A DNA stretch of 63,575 nt, filler included, from Vannella sp. (Eukaryota), in the NCBI GenBank assembly GCA_023345925.1. It is 5 parts of 5 records of this genome, joined end to end, with 100 filler letters (N's around TTAATTAATTAA, not from the genome) between each part and the next. Parts side by side here need not be neighbours in the genome. Positions count along the whole stretch, not along the records: positions 1 to 19,226 come from JAJQQN010000659.1; positions 19,327 to 38,101 come from JAJQQN010000363.1; 3 more parts are not named here. The stretch is one strand, 5' to 3'. Position 1 is the stretch's first letter. The number at the start of each line of letters is the position of its first letter. The translations under genes were made by a program, and so were the position numbers. Shown here piece by piece: positions 12,480 to 21,952 of this stretch. The notes beneath the pieces are model-generated. The model saw only the letters and a program-made list of their open reading frames with translations, was not told the DNA's origin and ran no database searches.

Positions 12480-15196
12480 ATGCGGTCGGGGTGGGCTGCC
12501 GGTGGACTTGTTTTGGGTCTTTTGGTTTGGACCGTGGCTGGTTGTGGAGTGACGCAGCATAACTTGATTGCACACAAAGCCTTTGGTTGGCTGGACCCTG
12601 TTGCCAACGGAGACCCGATCTTTGCTCCGTTTGCGGCTATCTTGAAAGAGAACCAAGACGCCTTCCAGAATGGCGCTGCTTTCCCTGACTGGGGGTGAGT
12701 TGTGCCTTCTCTGTCAATTGTATCGCGTGTATGACATGTTGTTAGATACTCTACCGGCTATAGCAACGCATCGGAGCAAGCGCACTGGGTAGAATCTCTT
12801 CCGCTCCTCCTTCCCAACCCTCCTTCTCACCGTTTGTAGCCTCCTTTCACCTTAGCATACACCGAGCACGTTCATAAGACATGTGGGACGGATATACTCC
12901 AATGGGATAGCCCCTGTAAGAAGGTACGAGACTTCGTAGAAGATTCCGGTCAACGCCAACGCAACGCACTCAAACTCGCCAGCTCGTTGCTTTCCTCTTT
13001 GGAATCGTCTCGCACCAAGTGGCAGACGTGTTGTGGCATGACTTGACTCAGGTGCATGATAGCCAGCAAGGCTTCATTCAAGCGATGGCCAATATTGACT
13101 TCGAAGGCCACTACGGAGATGCTCACACTGTGGCCGACTTTGGCGGTGAATTCGTTATCTCGCATGAGTTTGATCTCTCTTTTATTGAGGTAGGGCCCCT
13201 GGGAAGGCTCCCTACCATCTGAAGGAAAGCGTCTGAGTGACTTTCTAGTTGGAATGGTACATTCCGGCGGACGATTTGGCGGAGATCTACCGCCATATTG
13301 GACAGAATGTGACGACAGATGAGTTGCATCGTTGTAATGACTTGCTTTATGCTGAGGTCCAAGCGGTTCGAGAGTTTGGTGAGTTAGCGTATCCTTATGC
13401 AGCACGAGAATCTGTTTTCCTGGCGGACCGACTTCGAGACTACTTTATGGGAGGTATCGATGACAACGCAGTGTGGACTTTGTGGTGCTGGTACGACTAT
13501 CTAGTAGGCTGGCTCACTTCTCCTGGTACTGGACCAAGTCAGTATCCTTTGTGCCTTGTTCAACAGAAGCTATTTAGTCAGTGCCCTTTTGTGTGCATTC
13601 CTGCTCCTGTCCAGTCCCCTCTTATGAAGCGCATGGTAACGTCCCTTGCAAGTCATGTTGAGAATGAAGTCACCCCAACCGGAATCATCACAAGAGCCAC
13701 CAAGACCTTCAAAGCAGAAGCGAGAAAGCTTTTTGCGGAAGAGCAACGCGTTGAACTTCCCTCCCGGGTAACTGATTCATGTGTTGTTCCTCAAGAACAG
13801 TTGCCTTTTGTCAGTCACAATGCTTCCTCGGCCTATGTGGGAACCAGCTTTAGCTCCGGGGACATTAACAATGATGGACTGACTGATGTCATTATTGGTG
13901 CGCCTGGTTGGAGCAAACCTGATGCCGCCCAATGCGGAGGAATCTTCGTCATTTATGGGAGCGTGAATAATCAGCCAAATACTCCTCCAACCCTAACGCA
14001 CCCGCTTCTAGAAGGTGGAATGAGCCATGATCGATTTGGAAGTGTGACAGCAGTCCTTGATATCAACCTGGATGGTTTCTCTGACCTGATTGTCTCTTCC
14101 CCAACTCATGGTGCCGCTAATCTCACTTACCAAGGCAAAGTAGATGTCTTCTTTGGGTCATCTAAGGGGATTGCGGTGCGGTCTCGGCCGAGTGTCTCAT
14201 TCACAAGCAACTTGAATTACACCAACTTGGGGAGCTTCCTTCAAACTGCAGATTGTAATGGAGACGGCCTCCTTGACCTCCTTATTGGTGCACCCTTTGC
14301 AGGAAGTGGAGGAGCTTCTCCTCAACAACTGGGACGAGTCTTCGCTCTCGTCAGCTCCAAATCATTCGCAAGTCAAGGCACAGTAATCATTGAAAAGGTA
14401 GCCACTTGGACACTTGTAGGGGATGAAGGAAACAGCCTTTTCGGAAGCTACATCCGAGTATCTTTGAATTCAACATCAGGACAAGACACTCTCCTGGTGG
14501 GTGCTCCTGGTTATGGAAGTACTGGCTCGCATAATGAGAAAGGGGCTGTGTATGGCTATGATATGCGGTTGCTTTCTCAGGGCAAATCTCAGTCCAAGTC
14601 ACTTCTCTTCAGCCTTTCTGGCACGGAGCGTTGGGAACAAGTTGGTGCCAGCTTTGATGTTGGCTCCTTCGGTACCCACTCTTCAGTGCTAGCAGTGAGT
14701 GCGCCTTCAAAGCAAACAGGACCTATTGCAGAGCAATACGGAGCTGTCTACTTCTATGACTTAGCCCAATTGAGTGGCGAACTCACTCTCGACAAGGCCA
14801 AGTATCTTCTTGTCCTTGAAGGGGACGACCACTTTGCTCGGTTTGGCCACAAGGTTCTGTTTGACACTTATTCGTCCTCTTGGTGGATCTCTCAGCCCCG
14901 CCGAGCCTCCAATGGGCCCGAGTCCGGTGCTCTCTTCCAGTGGGACAGGTGAGTGCCAGCCACAGCCACGTGCGTTCCATCTCACCCTTGATAGTACTTC
15001 CTTCCCTTCACACGATAGCAACCCTGAGAAGAGCGCGTCCCAGTGCTGGATGTCCTCCCAAGAGCGAGAACGGTTCGGAGAAACCTTCCACTTCGCTGAC
15101 CTCAACGGAGACGGCGTCCCAGAGCTTCTGATCGGTGCTCCTCGACAGGGGAACAACGAAGAAGGAGGCTTCTTCATCCTATCCCTTGCCAAGTGA
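12480..15196 (+). CDS. GPLD1: GPI-specific phospholipase D (Zn-dependent N-terminal domain plus FG-GAP propeller), multi-exon
   Basis: Signal peptide then CGVTQHNLIAHKA, FQNGAAFPDWG, SHQVADVLWH, AHTVADFGGE, FMGGIDDNAVW; several FG-GAP repeats (GDINNDGLTDVIIGAPG, DINLDGFSDLIVSSP, DCNGDGLLDLLIGAP, DLNGDGVPELLIGAP). Confidence 0.92.
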
Positions 15197-15304
15197 TCTT
15201 CTGAGCCTTCCTCCCTTCACCAGCTCCCTTCCTTCTCCTCCAGCTTTCAAGGGAAGTGACTCACACTCGTCTCTCCCTCTCTAAACGAGGTTTCCACTCA
15301 TTTG

Positions 15305-16797
15305 ATGGCGTCCACGTGGGTGAAGCGGGAGGTGGAGGCGGCGACGCGGGTTCTGACCTGAAGGGAAGGGTAGGAGAGGGCCTGACTGGTGACAGGACGT
15401 TGTACATCTCTGCCAACTTGATTGTGGGTCCTTCCCAGTGCCGGTGCGCTCTTCGCTGACGAGGGGAAAGGGTCAAAGTGTGCTTGTCCAGGTTCGGGAT
15501 GGTTCGTGGTACCACGGCCTCTTCCATACCTCCCGCTTAGCCTCTGGATTCGGGGTGGTGCTCAAATGTGCCAAGAGAGTGGAATCCCGCGACAACAAAG
15601 TGCTCTCGCTCTCCTCAGAGGTCACTAGCAAGCTTGCCATCTCTGCTGAGGACCTGGTACAGGTACTAGCAGAAGAGATCACCTTCGTCGAGGACCTGGG
15701 CTTCTTAGGGCAGACAGGCAGTGAGTCCCCTCGAAGTGGAAGCACTTTCGCCTCTGACCTTGAGGGACAGGTGGATTCAAGACAGACACAGCCATCAGCA
15801 AGGCGGTCAACATCAAAGAGAGAGAGCTGAAGCCTTGGTGTCCCGACTCAAGCGCTCCAACAGCGCCAATCACCTCCACAGACGGAAACTGGGACCAGTT
15901 CTCCACCAACGAGAAGCTCTTCGGTGTGACCACGTCCTTCAATGAAGACGTGTATACTACAAAGCTGGACAAGAGCTCAGCCTTGTACAAGCAGAACGAG
16001 ACCCGAGCAGCTCGCCTGGCTCAAGAGATCACGAAAGAGACTAGTTCCAACGTCCACATTGCTTCAGATCGTGGTCTTGACCTTGAAGTGGATGAAGAGA
16101 CTCTGTATGGAGCTGTTATACGCTCGGCAGAGCCTACCACGTACGTTCCCCCTGGGAAACGAAGCAAAGGGCGGAAAGCATCAACCAGGGCGCCTTCCCC
16201 GGTGCCCTCTCCCGCTGCAAAAGAGGCGCCCATCAAGTCACAATCTCCAGCTAAGTCGAGGACTGCAACAAAGCCGCCACCTCAAGCAAACCCGAGCCCC
16301 GACCCGTCTCCTGCTCCCGTTAAGGAGGTTGAAGAGGCCAAGCCAGCTCCTGTTGATCCTCTCACAGTGAGCCAGTCTTCTTCCAGTACTCTTGACGCGC
16401 AGAAGATGATCGGAGACCTGTATTGTGCCGCAATGGAGCGAAGAATGCGCGTGGACCCGAGCAAAGCCAGTACGTTGAGCCCTTCCTCGCATGACCAGGA
16501 CCTAACAGCTAGTACAGACACTGCATGGAAGGGAGTAGAGACTCGTGGGTCCTACTTGATTGTGGAGCAATCCCCGAGAAGCCCTCAAAGTTTCAACCCT
16601 TACGCGGCTCCTGCCTCTCCTGTGATGTACAATCCTTACCAGCCTGTACATGTTCCCTACGGGTATCCTCCTCCTATGGTCCCAGTGTCCCCATATGGCT
16701 TCGCACCAATGATGGTAAGTTTCCCCTGCTGAGGGCGCGCTTTCTGACCTCCTTTGTGCAGCCTATGGGCTACAATCCCTACCAGAGACATCAATAA
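15305..16797 (+). CDS. ATXN2: Ataxin-2/Pbp1 homolog (LSm plus LsmAD, Pro/Tyr-rich tail), multi-exon; start inferred
   Basis: RTLYISANLI/GQSVLVQVRDGSWYHGLFH (LSm); WDQFSTNEKLFGVTTSFNEDVYTTKLDKSS...RAARLAQEI...HIASDRG...DEETLYGAV (LsmAD); PAM2-like SFNPYAAP. Confidence 0.85.
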
Positions 16798-16817
16798 AGC
16801 ACTTGAGACGTCATCCT

Positions 16818-17721
16818 TTAGCTTCGGAAGACCCCACGGGACTCAATGAGCGCCTCCGTCCGCTCTTTGACCGCTTCCAAGAGCAAGGAGTGGAGCTTCA
16901 CACACCCTGACACAGCCAGTGTCATGACCTGCTCGAACTCCTCCATTCTGAGCTTCGAGTTCATCTGGAGCATCGTCACTTTGCCACTTTGAGGAAGAAA
17001 CGCTACGGGAATGTCTGGTCCCGAAGAGTCCTCGAGGTAGTTCAGGTCTGGATGGGTTTGTGGTGAGTGATATGGGAGATGAAGAGGAGAGGACGAACCA
17101 AGGATGGCTGTACCGTTCACAAAGCCAGCAGCACACGAGCAGACAAACTCTCTCATCGGAACTCCTGCGTCGATCAGCGCCAAGGTGACGGCATTGATCG
17201 CAGCGCTTCGAGTGCCACCATCAGCTTGAAGGACACTCACAAAGATGTCAATCTGAGAACGAGGCGCCAGCTCCGTCAAGACAACGGCTTCGAAGGTCTG
17301 CTTGATCATCAAAGAGATCTCCAGTGCCCTCCTGTTCAGTATGAGAGGCGGCTCTAGCGCAGAGAGGTAAGTGAGCGTACCGATCACCCTTCTGGGAGGA
17401 GTTCTTCCGCTCAGAGACGACAGTCTTGCTGAAAGGAGCCATCGAGTACTCGCAGTTGATGACTGCTCGGTCGTCCAGAGCGTCTCTTCTGCTTTGAATC
17501 TCCCTCGGTCCATAGACTGTGGCAATGACTTCTGTGTGTCCCTGTTGGTAGAAGGAGGAACCATCAGCATCAGGAACCACTCCCAGTTTGCAAGTTACAC
17601 GCCGCAGCTCTGTTGCTCTCCTCCCATCTACTCGCAGTCCCTCTTCCGAGATCAAATCCTCTTTCTATCCACAAAACGTCAACAGGGAACTTGAAGAGGT
17701 GGATCCTTCAACACCCACCAT
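16818..17721 (-). CDS. RRP41: Exosome complex component RRP41 (RNase PH-like), multi-exon
   Basis: EGLRVDGRRATELR, ADGSSFYQQGHTEVIATVYGPRE, PRSQIDIFVSVLQADGGTRSAAINAVTLALIDAGVPM. The start ATG at 17721 is followed directly by an intron. Confidence 0.95.
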
Positions 17722-17897
17722 CACCACCCAGCTTCAAATGAAAATTGGCCACAGAATTGAATCATTGATCACCACAGCCCAAAACCAGGGTTTCCTGATA
17801 CAATTTTTCTTGGAGTTTTCGAACAATTTGATCCAACATAATCAAATGGGTGGAAAGTAATGGCTGATGAAGGGTATTACTTTGCCGTCACACGAAG

Positions 17898-18374
17898 ATG
17901 GCTTCCTTCGAGGACCAAATGCTGTTTGACAACTTTGAGGGTGGCGAGGTGAGAAAGGAAGGGAGAGAGGTGGCTTCAAGTTAACTTGGCGGTGAGGCAT
18001 GTGCACACATCAACATCGGGAAGAAAGAGCGAATCACGAGGGCAATCAGCGGGGGAGTGACGCTTGTCATTGCGCTCGCCTTTTCCTTCGCTCTTGTACT
18101 GACGAACACTTCTCGTTGGTGGCGCCTGATTGTGTGGTTCTTCTTGATGGCGACGACCATCAACCTACTTCAAGCCACGTTGCGTACTTGTGTTACTTTG
18201 GCCATCCGCAAGAAGTCCATCATTGATGGCTTTGTGGAGGACATTCAGTCCGAGTTTCGCCTCAAAGCGATTGCCAAACGTTGTTTCATGATCATTGGGG
18301 GAGCCCTCATCGTTTCTACTCTTCTTACCTTCCTTCTCCTTCTCCTTCCGCAACATCTGGCCAGTAAGTTCTGA
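17898..18374 (+). CDS. Small multi-TM membrane protein resembling bacterial NIGxxERxxR proteins
   Basis: MASFEDQMLFDNFEGGE, intron 17949-17996, then ACAHINIGKKERITRAISGGVTLVIALAF...RWWRLIVWFFL...LQATLRTCVTLAIRK with three hydrophobic segments. Confidence 0.6.
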
Positions 18375-18490
18375 TCCAGCTGCCCTACAGCCCCTGTACA
18401 ATAGAACCGTGGCACCTGCCTTACTTGAGAGGTGCTTTATACTCATACACTCGCCAATGTCTTCTCAGAGGTCAGCCAAACGCTGCTTCT

Positions 18491-19226
18491 TTAAGAGGGT
18501 GGCGCTCCGCGGCCTCCAGGTGGCATCATCATGCCTGGTGGGGGCATTCCCATACCTGGCATCCCTCGGCCCATGCCCATCATGGGTGGAGGCATCATAC
18601 CTCCCACTGGAGCGGGTTAGAAGGTAGTCTGGGCTAAGGGGAGGTCTCCTTACTTCCAGGTGGAGGCATCATACCCACAGGCATGCCTCGTCCCATTCCA
18701 GGGGGCGGCATCATACCTGGAGGGGGCATTCCATAGGCAACGGGACCTGCTTGGGAGACTGTAGCAGTTGGATCAGAACGGCCCCGTTCAAACGACAAAT
18801 AGAACGAACCTTGGGGCTGCATCATGCCTGGACCACCCATTCCTCTAACAGGGCCAGCTAAGCCATAAGGACGAGCGTCTGGAGGAGCCATCGCCATCCC
18901 ACGAGCGACTGCGCGGCCAGCTCCCGGTCCAGGGGCCATTGCTGATCCACTTCCCCGTGATTCCTGGTGCCCAAACGGATCTAGTGAGATCACTTGTGAA
19001 GTTAGAGATGAAGGGGCTGCTTACATCCGTTGGAGGAGGGCCTTCCACGGACATGCTGATGATCTCCTCTCCCCGGAGGACAAGAAGGCCTAGAACTCGC
19101 TTCTGTTCCTTCTCCTCCTTGGTTGTTTTGCTCTTCACTACTCGGTACTCCTCTGCATCGCCTAGAACAATGTTCATGTGCTTATCAAACGCCATGAACT
19201 TGCCAACAATCTGTCGGCCATCCTGG
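18491..19226 (-). CDS. SNRPB: Small nuclear ribonucleoprotein SmB/B' (5' truncated at linker)
   Basis: [28 protein letters not shown]...[24 protein letters not shown], followed by PPPGM/GRG-rich tail across short introns. Confidence 0.95.
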
Positions 19227-19326
19227 NNNNNNNNNNNNNNNNNNNNNNNNNNNNNNNNNNNNNNNNNNNNTTAATTAATTAANNNNNNNNNNNNNNNNNN
19301 NNNNNNNNNNNNNNNNNNNNNNNNNN
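19227..19326. other. Artificial gap/contig linker
   Basis: 44 N + TTAATTAATTAA (stops in all six frames) + 44 N; identical at four places. Confidence 0.97.
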
Positions 19327-19460
19327 CGGGAGCAAGTGGGTATCGTTTAGTACTTGAATTAAACTCTTGCACGCGTGGAGCAAAGCGGAGACTTCCTCTT
19401 CTCCACAAACCGAGTGAGCATCCTTTAACTTACGATAACCGCCGAAAGTCGTTTGTCCAA

Positions 19461-21236
19461 TTATTCCTTTTTGAGATGTTTGGGTGCCAGACCTTGGGGG
19501 AGTTGGGAGAGAAGAAGAGAGTGGAGAGATTCTGTAGTGTTGTCCCACCAAAAGGGGATGACGGCGAGGTGGACGTGATGTTGAAGACAAAGAGACTTTT
19601 TCTCTTCGTCTCGTTTTTGATAGAGATCGATGGACCCGAAGCTTGGAATCTCCCGATAATGATGTTCTCCTTGATATTCAAAGGCTATTGAATGGTCTGG
19701 AATGAAAACATCGAACTCCACGTGGATTCCAGAAACACGCGAGAGATGCTCATGAATGTAATCTTCGATGACTTCACAATGCGGGAAGAGATTGCGGATC
19801 TGGAGGTAGAGGAATCTTTGAGAGGCCCGTTTGTCTCTCCCATTAAGATGGAATTGGTCCCAAGCTTCCTCAGGGAAGGCTCTTTCAAGGACTTTGTGAA
19901 GTGTCCCGAACTTCTGAATGAGCCCTCCTCCACCCAGATGGGCGATTTGAGAAAGAGATACTCTCTCCCAGTCCTTTGGAGCTTTGATTTGGAGCCTATC
20001 TTCCACACGGCGAAGAAACTCAACAAGGTTGGCGCGCTCATCCCAAAAGTTGCGAGGAACTACATTGCGGTCCTCAAAGATGTTCCATTTCATCTCCGGA
20101 TAGAGGAATTTAAGCATCTCAGAGAAGGAGGAATATCTAGAGAGAATACTCACTCCCCCTGCCAAGTGAATATCGCGACTAGTCACCCCTTTCCAGCCTT
20201 CTGGAACATTCGGGATTCCTCTCTGTTCCACAAATCGATCCAAAAACCGTCTTTGCAAACGAGGATCATCCCAAAAGCGCTTGGGGAACGGCTTAAACTC
20301 AAAGACATCCCAACTGAGTTCGGGGTAAATACTGCCAAGTGCTTCGAAGAGCGTCGGATAGTAGGTGAATAACGATCGCCCTCCAGCCAGTAAGATCTTC
20401 TTCTTTCCTATTTTCGCTAACTGCAAGGGAGAGTCAAGTTCCAGTTGTTGGACGATTCGGTCCATCAGAAGGCGGTGATTCTTCTGGTCCTTCCAAAACT
20501 CCTCGCGCGGTAGAACTGAGCGATCTAAAGGGTTCCAATCGTGTTCAGGATAGATGGTTTTGAGGGCTTGATGAAAGGTCTTGTAGCATCGGAGGATGGG
20601 AGCGCCTCCTCTCTCCATGACTTCTCTTTTCTTCACCGCATTCCACTGACTTAGGCATTGGAAGCCCCATTCTTGTGCCAACTGATCAAAGAACTCTCTT
20701 TGATGGGTGAGATCCTTCCAATAGTCCTTTGGCTTCCGGCTAGGAGGACTTTGTTGACTCTGTGATGTTGTTTTGTCGTACCAGAGAGCCCAAGGATGCT
20801 CAGGATAGTGCGTTTCTACAATGCTACGTACTGAAGAGTACGTTAAGAGCAAGCTACTGGCGTTGTGATGGACCAGCGTCTGATAAGAGACTCTCGTCCA
20901 GTCTTTGGGGTGGAGAATGCCAAGCTCCCTCGCTAGATCGCTTAAGAAGCGCAACCTATTGGATTCACTGATCCAAAAGTGACGAGGAAGCCGTTCAAAC
21001 TTGCACAGGCTCCACTGGCGCTCTGGGTAAACCGCCGAGAGAAGCTCTACGACATCCTTGTACCGCCCTGGCCCAAGCAGACGCGCTGCCCCTGCCTTCT
21101 TCACATGCTCCCTCCTTATCCAATACATCCAATCCTCCTTCTCACCCGTTGGATCGACCAGAGAGCGCAGAGCCTCCACCATCGCCCTCTCATCCACCAC
21201 CGGAGAGTTGGCGCGTCTCACCGCTCTCCCAAACAT
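19461..21236 (-). CDS. Tandem ~75-aa helical-repeat protein with C-terminal Vsr/DUF559/RAP-like (PD-(D/E)xK fold) nuclease domain; possible mitochondrial targeting
   Basis: Single 591-aa ORF. Five full repeats plus one partial, consensus (F/Y)W...R.F.D.....L.....W..V........GG..LL..Y......L...YPE..W. C-terminus EFDVFIPDHSIAFEYQGEHHY...RDEEKKSLC...LAVIPFWWD. Arg-rich N-terminus MFGRAVRRANS. Confidence 0.85.
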   Translation of the reverse strand: MFGRAVRRANSPVVDERAMVEALRSLVDPTGEKEDWMYWIRREHVKKAGAARLLGPGRYKDVVELLSAVYPERQWSLCKFERLPRHFWISESNRLRFLSDLARELGILHPKDWTRVSYQTLVHHNASSLLLTYSSVRSIVETHYPEHPWALWYDKTTSQSQQSPPSRKPKDYWKDLTHQREFFDQLAQEWGFQCLSQWNAVKKREVMERGGAPILRCYKTFHQALKTIYPEHDWNPLDRSVLPREEFWKDQKNHRLLMDRIVQQLELDSPLQLAKIGKKKILLAGGRSLFTYYPTLFEALGSIYPELSWDVFEFKPFPKRFWDDPRLQRRFLDRFVEQRGIPNVPEGWKGVTSRDIHLAGGVSILSRYSSFSEMLKFLYPEMKWNIFEDRNVVPRNFWDERANLVEFLRRVEDRLQIKAPKDWERVSLSQIAHLGGGGLIQKFGTLHKVLERAFPEEAWDQFHLNGRDKRASQRFLYLQIRNLFPHCEVIEDYIHEHLSRVSGIHVEFDVFIPDHSIAFEYQGEHHYREIPSFGSIDLYQKRDEEKKSLCLQHHVHLAVIPFWWDNTTESLHSLLLSQLPQGLAPKHLKKE

Positions 21237-21242
21237 GTGAAA

Positions 21243-21924
21243 ATGACTCCTTCAGCCTCTGTGAACGAGCCAGCTCTGGGAGGGAGTCATAGTGACAAGT
21301 GTTTGTTGGGATGGCGTTGTTTGGATGGTTAGACGCCGCAGCTCGTACCAGACGAGTGTGAAGAAGAAGGTGCTTACTGTTGTTGCTGAGGTGGTGATTC
21401 TCTTCGTTGTTTGGAAGCTCTTTGGGGGAGGTATGTGGAAGGGGGGCGGCTTTTGGTGGTGTTCTCGGCCTGGCTGTCTTTTTTGGGTTCAGTTGTGCAA
21501 CAAGGTCCTATCTTTGTGTCTGTTGACTCTACTATGGTTGATCAGTACCACCAGGGATCAGTGGAACTGCTGAAATGGAGTCTTCCTTCCTGTGTGACTG
21601 AACACTCTTCCTGACGAAGCGGCAATGAGCAACAGATGTTCGTACCTTTCACTTGAGAGAAAACAAAGTCCATCGCCGTTCGGATTGATGCGGAGATCCT
21701 GTCCTCGAGCGGCAATAGACGCTTTTCTCAGAGTGGGCGAAGTTCGTTCTCCGCCGCTTCCCCGAGTGGAAGTGGGGGTCTCTGCAAGTAACGGAGACGC
21801 CATCCTCGACGAAAGAAACCCATCCTTCGTCAATCACAGTTCTTCAAGATTCTTTGAGGAGCGATTCCACACGGGAACGCTGTGGGAGCTCCTGCTCTCT
21901 CTTTTCTATTTGGGCTCTTTTTGA
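21243..21924 (+). CDS. Putative small spliced membrane protein (exon structure uncertain)
   Basis: ATG at 21243; plausible GT-AG introns flank an exon encoding KKKVLTVVAEVVILFVVWKLFGG (type II TM-like). Downstream exons not resolved. Confidence 0.35.
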
Positions 21925-21952
21925 GGGACATTATTACTTTAAGTATTCATGT

